A stretch of DNA of 64,000 bases, from the NCBI RefSeq assembly GCF_009914755.1, contig NC_060928.1; one strand, written 5' to 3'. Numbering within the stretch: position 1 is the first letter of the stretch; each line of letters opens with the position of its first letter. Source of the stretch: the human T2T-CHM13v2.0 reference genome, Homo sapiens. This document shows positions 1-13,239 of the stretch, one piece after another. The position numbers and the translations under genes were made by a program. The notes beneath the pieces were generated by a model, which saw only the letters and a list, made by a program, of their open reading frames with translations, was not told the DNA's origin and did not search any database.

Positions 1-515
1 AGGGTCTGGTTTTTTAGCTTACTCAGCAAATAACTATTTCATTCTGCTCAGAGTGAGGCTAGAGAGCCACTGAAAAAGTATATGCAAGTTTTGCAAGGGC
101 GCGGCCAAGACACAACCAGAGAATCCTGTTTAAGGGATTTATAGGATCATTTATTGATTATTGAATAAATGAAGGTAGGGAATGGCCCGGAAATGTCCAA
201 GAACAGTGAATTCCTCATTAAGGTAATTTCAAGCCCCCCCCCCACCACCAAAAAAATGATACTAACAAATGAAGCACATCGTGCTGTTTGTTCTAGCTTT
301 GTTTTTTTATAAATAGCAAATATTATTTGCTTCAAATTGGCATTCTGTGCTAATGACTAACAACTGTTTGCTAGTTAGAAAACTGCTCAGGTGGGTCCTA
401 GTTGATAATTCTTGGTTGAATCTAGATTTTTACACAATAAAAAACATATCTTGTCTACCTATTAATTACTGATTTCTAAGAAAACTCTAAGATTCTAGAA
501 GATAGAGTCTAAGTA

Positions 516-853
516 CAGAAGCCCTCTGTATCTGTGGGTTCCACATCTGTGGATTCAACTATCTATGATTAAAAATATTAGAAAAAATATAAATAACAAC
601 AAAAATAATATAAAAATAGTATAAAACTATTTACATAGCATTTACATTGTATTAGGTATTACTTATAATACCTAAGTAATAAGTAATCTAAAGATGATTT
701 AAAGTATGTAGGAGTATATGCATAGGTTATATGCAAATACTATATTATTTTATATCAGAAACTCGAGCATTTGTGGATTTTAGTATCTGCCAGTGCGGCA
801 GGTGCCCTGGAACCAGTCCCTCCCAGATACTGACAGATACTGAGGGACAACTG
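516..853 (-). mobile_element. MER2 (TcMar-Tigger non-autonomous DNA transposon)
   Basis: The termini cagaagccctc...gagggacaactg are flanked by TA on both sides (514-515, 854-855). The interior matches the remembered MER2 consensus in reverse. Confidence 0.85.
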
Positions 854-2029
854 TATTTTATTCTTCCTATGTCTTAGAAACATATTATAAAACACTAGGC
901 ACAAAATAGTTACTTATAGACTCTGCTTATCTAGTTCTGTGTGATAGAAAATGAGGCCCTAGCCCACAGTGTTCTCATATGCACTCTAGAAGGATACAAC
1001 TGTGAGTGTGGGAAAAAGTCATCTGAAGGTCAGAGATATGCATCACTCTTGAGTACCTGCTGCGACTTGCTAGTACTAGCTGCCCTTTGGAAAAAGCTGA
1101 GAAGACAGAAAAAAATTAGGTGCAGCAAGCCAGAGGATTAGTTGAAGACAATTAATGGACGATAAGAATTGAATATAGGAATGACAAGAATTTTCACATG
1201 CCAAGGAAGATGAGTTAAATAAGAATAGGTTTAAGAGGAAAGCTAGGTGTCAGGACCAGGAACAGGCATCCAGGTGCTCACCAGCAAAGGTCAGAAGAGT
1301 CTGAGGCATTATTTGAACACATTTGCTTTTAGCTGTTTGGTTCACCTCTCTTCAACATCAGGTCTTCCGAATAACAGGCTGAATGCCTTTCCATGGTTAA
1401 TATTGGTATAGTCATAAACTCTGATCAATCAAGTTCAAATATGACTTGGATAGTTTCTACGGACATCAACAACCAAACTGACTGAGGAATATCAAGTTAA
1501 CCTGATAGTATTGAAAAAGGAGTGAAATTACCTACAAGGGTTTTCCATGCAGATTGAAATTTATCCTGATATACTTTTCTTTTGCCTGCAACTTTACAGA
1601 TTGTTACTTATATGTGTGTACAAATCACTGGATTTCATGTCTCTGTCAAATTCTTGATGAAATAATCAGTACTGATGGAAATGGGAAGTTTCAGTTTCAT
1701 TTTGGTTTTGATTTTTTTTTTTTGGTAGGGATTTGGGAGGCTCTCATTTGGAATCAGAGAACACTTGAGTGGGTTGTTAAGGTATTAAGGAACATTTTCA
1801 AATGTAGGAGGCCAGGACTAAAACAGAGATGGGTGGGTGCTTTATAATTTTGATAACCTTGGGATGGTTATAAATATATACTCAACATTCTTGAGGGTTT
1901 ATAGTGAGTGAAAGAAAGAGAATAACCAAGGGAGACTTTTAGACTTTTACTGTAAATAACTGGGCAGAAGGTGGTACCAACTAAAATAAAAAAGGCTGCT
2001 AGTTGCCTCTCATTGTTCTTCCTTTTCAA

Positions 2030-3830
2030 AGTTTTCCTAATTATCTTTGATTTTTCTATATTAACCTTAGTATCAAATTACATACTCCCAAAAAGTTCAT
2101 TTTTATTGGACTTTGATTATATTTTTAATGAATATGGGTGGAATTCTAATCTTTATGATATTAAACATTCCTATCCAAGGGCATAGTTTATCTTTCTAGT
2201 TTCTTGGTCTTATTTATATCTTTTGGTGTTATTCTGGAGATTTTCTTTTACTACATAGATTTTGCACATTTTTTGTTATGCTTATTTTAAGTATTTTATC
2301 TTTTGTACTGCTATTATAATGGGACCTCTTCTTACAATGTATTTTCTAAGATGTTATATATGAAAGCTATTTACATCTGTATATTTTATTTTTACTTGAT
2401 TAATTTATTGAATTATCTCAATGTTTCTTATTGTAGTCTGGTTTTTCAGATTTATCAAGTACATTTTAACTTTTATGGTTTTTTTTCTAGTTTCATTTGT
2501 TTATTGTTCAATTTCTACAGTTAAATGATTCATTTTCTTATTTCTGTTTTATTGATATAATAATTTGTCCACAATTTTTTTAACATTGCTTTATATTTAT
2601 TTTATAGGATCTAATATGAAGTGTTTTCATTATAAATCTTTCTAAAAATTTTGCAATGTTGTTTTGTTTTATTTTGACCCAAGAATTATTTAAAAGAATT
2701 TTTAAAAACTTCCAATAGAAGGGTCTCCTTATGAAGGATCTTTTTTTTTCCGATTTTGTCAATAATTATAATTTTACTGAGTTGTAATCAAATAAAATTA
2801 TAGTCTATCTAATTATTTACTTTTTGGTATTAATTAAAATTTTCTTTGTAACCAAGTTTATACCATTTGCACATGAGAAGAAAATGTATTATTTATTTTC
2901 TGAGTTTGATATAGTCATATATATAACATTAGTTAAGTTATTGACATTTTCTGTATCCTTGATCTGTCATGAACTGAGAAAGTTATTCAAAAATAAATTA
3001 AACAAATACAATATATTTTGTTTCTATATATATCTCCTGTAATTTCAGCTTAAAGGAATTCTATTTCTTTTTCTTATGTATATATTATTTTTCTATCTTT
3101 ATTTGAATCACTCTTTTACTTTATAATGTGTGCCTCTTTGTTTTATTTAGTGCTGAATTTTTGTTTGACAGAAAGCATTATTTTCTGGCATTTTCCTGCT
3201 ACATGTTTGCTTTCAACATTTCTAAATTCTGAATAACTTTGTTTTATGTGTATAATGTATGCTGTATAGAATTAGCAAAACATATAATTAGATTTTGCTT
3301 TGTAAGTCAATTTGAAAATATTGTTCATTTAAATAAATGACAAGGAAATTTATATTTGTTTTTATGATAAATATATATGGTAAAACTATCATATTATTTT
3401 CTGTTCTGTTTATTGTTTTTATTTTTTACAGTTTTTTCTTTGTGCATTAAAAAAATATTTAAGAAGGTTTTTATTACCTTAATAATTACAACATTATATA
3501 GTACTCTTAATTCTCTATTTATTTATAGGGTGGCTACTGATACTCTAGTACAATAAATAAATGATAAAATGTTTTTATTTTCTCCCCTCATTCCTTTTGT
3601 CTCCGACCTGCTATTTGCCAGTAAAAATTATTTGAAAAATATATATTTTTTTATTTTTTACTTTATACTTTTAAATGTTCTTATACTTTGATTATCTGGT
3701 TGGTCAGCTTTTAAACATTTGTTGATTCCTGTTATTACATATTAGGCGGTCAACAAACTTTCTCATCTTTGCCCTTTCTCATTCTAATTTTGGTAGTTGC
3801 GTTATTTCTGCATAGTAAAAGCAAAGACCA
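2030..3830 (-). mobile_element. Highly decayed old L1M fragments
   Basis: Very T-rich sequence with patches resembling antisense L1 ORF2 (e.g. ttgacccaagaattatttaaaag). Boundaries are uncertain. Confidence 0.45.
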
Positions 3831-3842
3831 TTTACATTTGTC

Positions 3843-4218
3843 TGCGTTTTAGTCTGTTTTGTTCTGCTATAGCAGAATATCACAGACTGGGTAATTTATA
3901 AAGAATAGAAATTTATTTCTGAACAGTTACAGAGGTTGAAAGTCCAAGATCAAGGTGCCAGCATCTGGTGAGGGCCTTCTTACTGCATCATCTCATGATG
4001 GAAGGCAGAATGGAAAGAGAGGGCAAGAGCAAGACAGAAGTGGGCTGAACTTGTTCATTTAGAAGGAACCCACTCCTGCAATAACAGCATGAATCCATTC
4101 ATGAGGGCAGAGGACTGGTGTCCTAATCACCTGTTAAAGGTTCCACCTCTTAATATTGTTACAATTGCAATTCCATTTCAACATAAGTTTGGGAGAGGAC
4201 AAACATTCAAACCATAGC
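3843..4218 (-). mobile_element. MST-family solo LTR (ERVL-MaLR; MSTB/MSTC-like)
   Basis: Typical MST strings: cagactgggtaatttataaag, gtccaagatcaaggtgccagcatctggtgagggcc, and the end aaacattcaaaccatagc. Confidence 0.85.
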
Positions 4219-4487
4219 TGTTTGTTACCCCAATCCTCACACTTTTTTAAAGTCTTGATCCTATAATCATAATCAAAACTTTTAGCAGTCCTTTTGCTAG
4301 TTTCCTCAGACATACTTTGATTAAGTAAACTGTGTCTTTTAGCATGTTCCTTAGGAAAGACTTATGGGAACAATATTTCCTGAATTCTTGCATTTTCAAA
4401 ATTGTTTGCAACTTTTAATCTTGGAGGCAGATTTGACTGGCTATAAAATCCTTTACTCTCATTTTTTTACATGAATCATTTGTAGAT

Positions 4488-5275
4488 ACACAATGAGATA
4501 CCATCATCTCACACCACAGTCAGAATGACTATTATTAAAAAGTCAAAAAATAACAGATTCTGGCGAGGTTGCAGAGGAAAAAGAATGTTTATACATCATT
4601 GGTGGGAGTGTAAATTAGTTCAACCATTGTGGAAAACAGCAGGGTAATTCCTCAGAGACCTAAAAACAGAGCTGCCATTCGACCCAGCAATCCCATTACT
4701 GGGTATACACCCAAAGGAATATAAATTGTTCTATCATAGACACATGCAAACGTTCATTGCAGCACTATTCACAGTCACAAAGATATGAAATCAACCTAAA
4801 TGCCCATTAATGGTAGACTAGATAAAGAAAATGTGGTGTGTGTGTGTATATATACACACACACTACATACACACACACACATACACACACCATGGAATAC
4901 TATGCAGCTATAAAAAAGAATGAGATCACATCCTTTACAGGAACATGGAGCTGGAGGCCATTATCTTTAGCAAATTAATACAGGAACAGAAATCCAAATA
5001 CTGCATGCTCTCACTTATAAGTAAGAGCTAAATGATGAGGGCAAATGGACACAGAGAGGGGAACAACAGACACTGAGGCTTACCGGTGGGTGGAGGTTGG
5101 GAGGAGGGAGGGAATTAGGAAAACTAATTAATGGGTACTAGGCTTCATACTTAAGTGATGAAATAATCTGTACAATAAACCCTCGTGACATGAGCTTACC
5201 TATATAGCAAACCTGCACATGTACCCTTGAACTTAAAATAAAACTTAAAAACAAATAAAAATAAATAAATAAATA
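4488..5275 (+). mobile_element. L1 3' end (older L1PA15/16 or L1PB-like), 5' truncated
   Basis: It has ORF2 C-terminal sequence (acaatgagatacca, ccattcgacccagcaatcccattactgggtat), a 3'UTR, an A-rich tail and an internal (TG)n/(CA)n tract. Confidence 0.85.
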
Positions 5276-6925
5276 TTTTTGTATAATATTTGGTCATAAT
5301 GTTCAACTTTTCCATGACATTTTTTGTTGAGTTTATTGGTACATTGCTAAGTTCTTAAATTTTTTTTGCCTTTGTTTTGCCTTTTGTTTTGGTTCTGACA
5401 CTTTTTAAATGTATCTTTCTATTGAATTTTTAAAAATTTGCATATGGTAAAATTTACTCTTTTTGGTGTGCAGTTTCATTAATTTAGACAAATGCATGTA
5501 GTCATCTATTAAGTTAATTAGTCTAACACCACTAGAATCAGAACAGCTTCATCACTCCCCAAATTCCCCTGGGTTTGCTCTTGCATAATATCCTTTTATT
5601 GATGCTGTGTCACATCCATTTTTATTACTCATCATTGAATGAGTTGGATTTTTTAGATCTACTGTTTACAGGACACTTCTGCTGGGGGTTAGAGGAGGTC
5701 CTGTGCAGCCTTCTGACTCCTTTATTACTTTCACAGAGTCAGATTGCTTTCTTCTAAAATAGCCCCTCTATGTAAGTGTGTTCCCACCCACTCTAAACTA
5801 TACTGGGTCCCGGAAGGCTCTTCTGCCTTTATTTCTATTCTCACTGCCCCAATTAGGAAAGCTATATTTTTTTGCACTTTGGGATAAACTTTTCACAGAA
5901 GTGTATTTTTGCAGTCAATTTCAGAGATCTGCCGCTGCCGGCCATGTTGTCATTCTCCGCATTTCTTTGCTGCCTTTCTCCCTGTATGGTATCTACTAAT
6001 TGCTGCTTTTGGTAACTCTTAACATGTTTTTGGAGTCTGTAGAAATTAGGTCTTCCAGTTTTTCTAAAAATGGTGATCATGTAACTTTTGTTGTTTTGGT
6101 TAACTGTGTAACATTTGCACATCTTCCAGGAGAAGACAAGATGCAGTCTTAGCCATATTCTTACCAGAAATCCTCTTGACTGCACTTTATCACCAACTTT
6201 CCCTCACTCTCCTTTCATGGCTCACACTTTAAATATTGGAATCTCTTGCCTCTCTTGTTCTTTCAACCCTCCCTTAAGGCTTTCATATAAAATCTTCCTG
6301 TGATGTACCATAACCTGTGACAAAAAAATTTTGCTATTTTCCAAATACCCACTTTCAAAGTTGGTTAGTTTTTTCCTGCTATTCTTTTAGCTTGGAATGC
6401 CTTTTTCTTCCTTACCTGATTAGAACACTTCTGCTCATGCATTAAGACCTAAAAAAATGTATTTCCTCCTTTAGGAATCCCTCCTAGACACCTTCTCAAG
6501 ACAGAATTAATCTCTCAGTTATGCTCCCACAATATATTGTCCCATTTTTTGTTCACTTACCTTATTGCTTTTATTATTTGTTTGCTTGTCATTATGAAGA
6601 CAATGAGTATCCTGTATACTAATGTATTAAGCAGTCAACACAGAATTTTCAAATTCTGTATTTCAGGGACTCTACTTATAGCTCTCCTGTGATGATCGGC
6701 ACTTACCCTAATTTGGTCTCATTGATTTTCCTTTCATTTAATTGAAGGGTACAATATTTTGGTTCCTCTTGGTTTTCTTGTATAGCTTTTGTGCTCAAAG
6801 TGATTTAGTCATGTCAAAGTAGCCTTTCTATTCTTAGGAAATAAGTGAAACTCTTCTGGATTTAGAGCATTTATAAAATTTTTAAAAGTTCAGTAATCAC
6901 TGATAGAAATTCTTCTGTATTCCAG

Positions 6926-7018
6926 GTGATGCAACTGTGACAATAGCTCACAGATACACCCCCAAAGAGCAACTGAAGATTCATACGCAGCTGGCAGATA
7001 TTATCATAGTTGCTGCAG
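6926..7018 (+). CDS. MTHFD2L: MTHFD2L internal coding exon (93 nt, phase 1-1; probably exon 6 of the 8-exon form)
   Basis: The acceptor is ttctgtattccag| and the donor is GCAG|gtaagt. It translates (G)DATVTIAHRYTPKEQLKIHTQLADIIIVAA(G), a FolD/MTHFD2-family NAD(P)-binding domain segment. The residues IAH/KIHTQL/IIIVAA match my recollection of MTHFD2L rather than MTHFD2 (ISH/KKHTIL/IVISAA). Confidence 0.97.
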
Positions 7019-8344
7019 GTAAGTCCTTAGTGACTGTTATTTTTTGGAATGTCATCAGCAGAATAATTCCTGCCCTAAATGCTGACATGTTTGAAAGCTT
7101 TTTGAGAGAGTTAGCTTTATGTATGACTAACTTCTGTTGATTGGATTCTGTCTCTTGGCAATCATTATATCAGTCCATTGTGCCTATGTTAGCATTTGTT
7201 ACTTCATTATGGAAAACCCAAACAGCTTTTGGGATGACAGATTAAGCACAAGAACAATGTGCACTTTGCTAATTGCTTTGACGAACATGGTTTAACAGCA
7301 TTTACGGAAAAAGGTTGGTGCAGGTAAATAATACATTGTAGCTATGGAGAACAATAAAACTTGTATTTTCAAGTTGTATCAAGGAACATAGAATGTTCAG
7401 GTGAGGGGAAAAGATAGTCACTATGCTGCCCTAAACACAGCCAGGCTGAAGAATTATGTTCTGAAGTCTAGACTTTAGGGGAAAAGTTGATGGATGAGAC
7501 CATGTCCAAAGGAGAGTATCTAGGATAAGAATCTTTCCAAAAAAGATGACATATGAAATTTGGTCTGATGAACTGAGGATGTTTGGTCTGGAAGAAAGTA
7601 TGACCTAAAGAGATACAACAACTTTTTTTTTAACATAAAGAAAAAACCCAAGCCCAAACTTTTATAATAATAAAAGCTGCCTCAAAGTCACCAGTTCTTG
7701 AGATAGTAAGTTCCTTATCACTACAGTGATTAGCAAAATAGATAAAAACATAAGTGGCATTTCATAGAGCATTATTTGTCAACGTTTATTGGATTTTGCC
7801 CCATTTTGGTTGACAAAAAAAAATCCCCTTTCAACATTATCAAAATATTTCAATAAATTAAACAACATAGCTAAAAATGCATGTAAACAGTTGTAATTAT
7901 TTTGAGCATATGTTCTTTGGGGAAGGAATCACATTCTTTCTTTACTCCCTACCATTTAAAGGACCATTGCAGAGAATGTCTGTCTACTGAGTACTAGGTT
8001 GGGTTCATTGTGTTTTAATACTTCCTTCAATGATGAGACTCTTTAATTCTCTATTTTAATATACAAAAGAAAGCTTTATGGAATATATGTATATGTATAC
8101 TTATTATATTTCATAAGATTAAATTTCTTTAAATTTGTTTGTGTTTTCCTACAGGGTAAGTTAACAAGAAAGATATTTTAGAACATAGAAAAGGCTGGAA
8201 TATGGGGCTTGTGTATGGATAATTCACTTACAGATATTTGAGAGTTTATCATTTACTCTGATTTTAATTAAACGTGTACTTTTGAATAGCAAAGATAGTA
8301 CTAAATTCATTCAATTGAATACTAAATTCATTCAATTGAATATT

Positions 8345-9490
8345 ATTTATTCAATAAATATTGGACCCTTCCTATGCAGCAGTATCTGTTTTAAATTTTA
8401 GGAATACAGCAATGGATACAAATGATGAAATGCCAGCCCTCGTAGAACTTACATCTTAGTGGGAGAGAGAGCAAATAAACAGTAAAATATAATGCCAGAT
8501 AATGATAAGTGCTATAATGAAACTGGATGAAGGAATAGTGTTTTGGGGATACTGTTTTAGATTGATTGATTGGTGAAGATCTTTCTTGGGAGGTGACCTT
8601 TTGAGTAGAGTTCTTGTCCTGGCCATTCTCCATTTGTCCACCAGCCCCAGTGTCTGCCCTTCCCTGCCCTGGTCTGGCCCTGAGAGGCTGACTAATGAAG
8701 ATGGCCTCACCTGTGTTCCTCTGACACTGGCTCCCAGCAAGGTTTGGCACTAGTAGGATATCTGAAGGAGAAGAAGAGAAATGTCAAGTCATGGTGTTTC
8801 TTCTCTACTCTTTTCCACTTCTACTGTCTTTCTCTTCCTCCTGCATCGATAGCTTTTGCTCAGCATCCTTTCCCCGACAGCTAAGGCTCTCACTGGGCTG
8901 CAGTAACACCATTTCCTCACCCCTACAGACCTAGGAATGGTACAAGCTTCCTCCAGTTTCTAATCTCTAAGAGCTGCAACAGCTTTTGTTTTTATCTTAG
9001 CCTGAATATATCGCTGTAAAAATTATTTCATTACTATATGGGGTGGATTCTGTTTCCCATGGAGATACCGACAGAAGCAGATCTGTATGAAGTAAAGGCA
9101 CAAATCAAGAACCATTCCTGGGGGAAGAGCATCCCGAGCAGAGGAAACAGCAGATACCAAAGTCCTTAGGCAGGAGCATGCTTGATGTATTCCAGAACAC
9201 AGGTCTTTGACGGCTTATTATATTACTCTGATTTTAATAAAATATTAATAAATTATGAGGATACTAGTAAGAAATGTTGTTGGGAAGGTAGCCAGGGTTA
9301 ACTCATGAAGGACGTTGTCGGCCATGGTTAGGATTTTGATATAAGCCAAGAATGGCTGACAGCAGATCAACATGGTCTGACTTAGGTTTTAAAGGACTGA
9401 TCACACCTTTAAAAACATATCAGACCTCATGTCTGCAGTTGTGTCAAGAACTGACTTTAGAGGTGTAAAAGTAGAAACAGAGAGGAGAGG
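8345..9490 (-). mobile_element. L2 fragment interrupted by an LTR
   Basis: It begins with the reversed L2 3' end (ttattcaataaatattg) and has L2-like gaagagcatcccgagcagaggaaacagc after the insert. Confidence 0.6.
8612..9075 (+). mobile_element. LTR33-like ERVL solo LTR inserted in L2
   Basis: A GC-richer block with LTR33-like strings (ccctgagaggctgac, cagacctaggaatggta, end tctgtttcccatggagataccgac) splits the L2. Confidence 0.5.
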
Positions 9491-10506
9491 TATTGCAATT
9501 TCATTTAATGGGTCTAGATTTTGCTCTAATTTGTTTTGTATTTGAACACATAGTTTCAATCAAATTTAATAAAATATCTGATTCTTCTATAGGCCCTTTT
9601 CTGGAACCTAGAACATATACATGACTGCAGGAACAGTAGTTGGCTCCTCATAGAGTAAAAATAGAAATGTTCTTTTTCCCAGAAAAAAAATCAGTAAGCT
9701 GGTACAGATAACCATACCACATTGCCTGTTTTTCCAAAAAATTACATTTGGGTGATATCAAATGCAAATTTTTGAACTGCATTGACAGAAGTCAGGCATG
9801 TTTAGAGAGTTAGTAAACTTTTTCAGACCACAGATCAGCATTAAGTGAAATACTGCTTCAGCCACTGATACCTTCATGGCAGATAAGTATTATACTGACT
9901 TCTTTTTAGAGACACTTCTGTTCACACACAAGACACAGAATTTGTTGAATAAAGAGGAATTTGAATGCTCATCTTTGTCCGTTTCTAACCTTAGGAAGAA
10001 TGAAGTTTACATTATCCTTAAAAGGTATTATTTGACTAATGTTAACAGCTTGTACAGAATATTTGACTATTGTCCTTAGATAACATTTATCAAATATTAT
10101 ATTGAATGAGTATTTTATTCTAGTGGAGGAAAATCTCTCATCATGCCTTCCTACTCGTGGTTTGTTTTATTATTATGACAAATGGCACATGGGTGATCAC
10201 AATCCACTTGCAAGAAACACTGATATTCTCTTGTAACTAAGTCAAAGCTTATGCCATAATGCCAACACTGTTGTCCTCCTTGAGTTTATCCTCTCTAGCT
10301 TTCTTTGTAAAGGCCTAAATCAGCCTTGAGTACAGATATTTAAAAAGAAGACAGGAAAAGAAAAAGAAAAGGAAAATAAAGGAACAGAAGGACAAGGAAG
10401 ACTCAAGCCTATATAAAATAAACAAGACAGGAGCCAGGAGGTACTCAAGCTTTAGGTGTGGTGGGTGTTGAGGCTGTCCCACAAGCATCCCGCTGAGGGT
10501 ATTTTC

Positions 10507-10525
10507 TTACCACCAGAGGGCGCCA
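10507..10525 (+). promoter_or_regulatory. CTCF core motif
   Basis: ttaCCACCAGAGGGCGCca is an exact match to the CCASYAGRKGGCRS consensus, with a retained CpG, in apparently non-repeat sequence. Confidence 0.7.
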
Positions 10526-11930
10526 GTCAGGTGAGCAGCTACTTCAGATGTAGCCAAGTTGGCCATACACCATGCTAATACTAGTTAGAAGACATTTTAA
10601 ACAAAGACAGTGGGAAGAAGTCCTGTTCCTTGCTTTTTTATTTCACCTTTAATGCCTCTTACTAAATACAAAAGTATGTTGAATGTAGAAGACAGATTTG
10701 TATGTAGTTCTGCAGTCTTCTTGAAGAAATAAATATTTAGCCAATGGGAAATTTAGGGGAAGAAAATTGAGAATTTATAAGAAACAACTAAAGATTGCTA
10801 CATTTCCAGTTAATTAATAATCACCTGGAGAAGTTAGGGATAAAACATGTAGGCATTTATAAATTATAGAAAGAATGTGAGTGAATATAAAAAATAAATC
10901 CCATATAACCAGACAATAGGAATAAAGTATTGCCAGAATGACCATATCATGCATTGTGTGTGGGAACTAAACAAATACAAATAGCAGTGGGTATTTAAAG
11001 GAAATAGTGATCTAATGGCAGAGGTAGCCAGAACGGGGAGGGCTAGATCACTGTCATAATGAGAATGTCAGCATATATGGAAACAACCTCATCTAGGAGA
11101 ACTCAGGGTAGAAGGAGGAGGATTGCGTGATATATATCAGAAAGAATGATAATGTCTGAGAGATGAGAGTGAAGAATGTGGTAATGAAATCTTGACACAA
11201 GCTTGAAGAAAGTAAAAGAGGAAATCCTGTGTGAAGATCCTGAGACATGAATATTAGCTTATTTAATATTAATGTCATCCCTCCAGTTTCTCATAGTACT
11301 ACTCCTACTGGCTTATATATCACTCACCTTTTTAAAATTGCCCCCAAAATTGAGATTTAGACTCAGTTAGAAGCTTAGATCTGCAGAATCAGACCCTGTC
11401 ACACTATGCAATTAGAAGTAAGTAGCTTCAAGTCCCTACTCAAAGCCAAATCTCTGAGTTCACAGAGAGAGTTAACAAGTTTCTAGAGTACTTTAATGTA
11501 CCATGGTTATAGCACATAGTACCTGTTTATAGTTGTTATCTTCATTAGACTACAGCAGGTAAAGGCGTGGTATTTTTTTTTAAGCTTGCTAGGTAAGTGC
11601 TTAGAACAATATCTAACACATAGTGGTTGCCCAGTAAATGTGAGCTGTGTTGATTTTGAGATTATAACTACAATAAGAACTTTTTCAAATTGATACATAT
11701 TTAGCCGATATAATCTAATTTTTTAAGATGGAATTATTCTAGTTGTTGGATTTACACACTGTAGCATTATTTTTGGGAACTACCAAATTATTCCAGTTTG
11801 TCATCATAAAGTAGTTGCTAAAGCAATAAAAAGTGAAATATTTATTCATGAAAGAGTAGTTCATGTCATTAAGTGTATGAATGGAGTGATTTAGGTGTAA
11901 ATGTTAAGATTAAGAAATGATGGGAAAGGT

Positions 11931-12277
<347 letters not shown>

Positions 12278-13239
12278 CTATTACATCTAAAGAACAGTAA
12301 GAGTATTGGATGGTTGAAAGGGGAGGAGCAGTTTAGGGAAAGGCTAAATCAGCTTTTCACAAGCTACTGATAAAGAAGGGAAAGCTAGCCAGTATCAATT
12401 CTAAGATCATGTTGGAGATCATTGGGCTTTCTCGTATCTGCTTTAAGGAAACTGTAGGCTATCCTAAGTCTGTAAAATTCTAGGAATCTTCATTATTCAG
12501 CAGGATAGGCAAGTTTTTTTAGACATTGTCCACATTACCCTCCACCCATCTGAGTAAACTCTGAAACTATATTCAGGAAATGAGCTGCTGAGTCAATGCC
12601 ACTTGCATGTCAAGCTCTGGATGCAGTGTCACGGTGGTGAAAGCTGGCATTTTTGGCCACTAAGCCATCCCTTCCAGCATGACGAATGAACCTTCACAGT
12701 TGTAACTTTAGAGTGTCTATTGCAACACTTTTAATGACAGATACCATGATATAAAACAGGATAAATGGGCAATTTAGTAACTCAGAATATTCATACTTAC
12801 TTGTCATAAAGTACAAAGTGACCAACGAATTTCCTTTCACCACTTCTCCAATCATATTATCAAGTCTTAGAAACACTCCCATCAAACATTATCCTAGGGC
12901 TCAATAGGGTTTTCCCCCGGGTGTATTTCCTCCTCCTTGAAACAGGGTTCGTAATTTTCAGGAAACCAGGACATGGAGAAGTTCCAAGGGGTGGGGCAAG
13001 GAAATAGCTCCACCATCCCCACAGCTCATGCAACCCGGGAGTACAACTTGCTCACTTACGGCCCTGAGTGCTTCCTGAGTGATGCCAGCACATTTCATGG
13101 CTTCACTCATACTATAGTCCTTTCCATATCTCATTTCTTATTTGTTATTGTCCAGCTTGTCCTCTTTTGCTAGCCTCTGCTACTCCACTTAAGGGTTCCT
13201 TCCCTCCTTCCTAAAAGTTGTCATTATTTTCATGGTACA

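Noticed and set aside
7400-7760. Possible L3/CR1 fragment
   Set aside because: The resemblance is too weak to support by eye.
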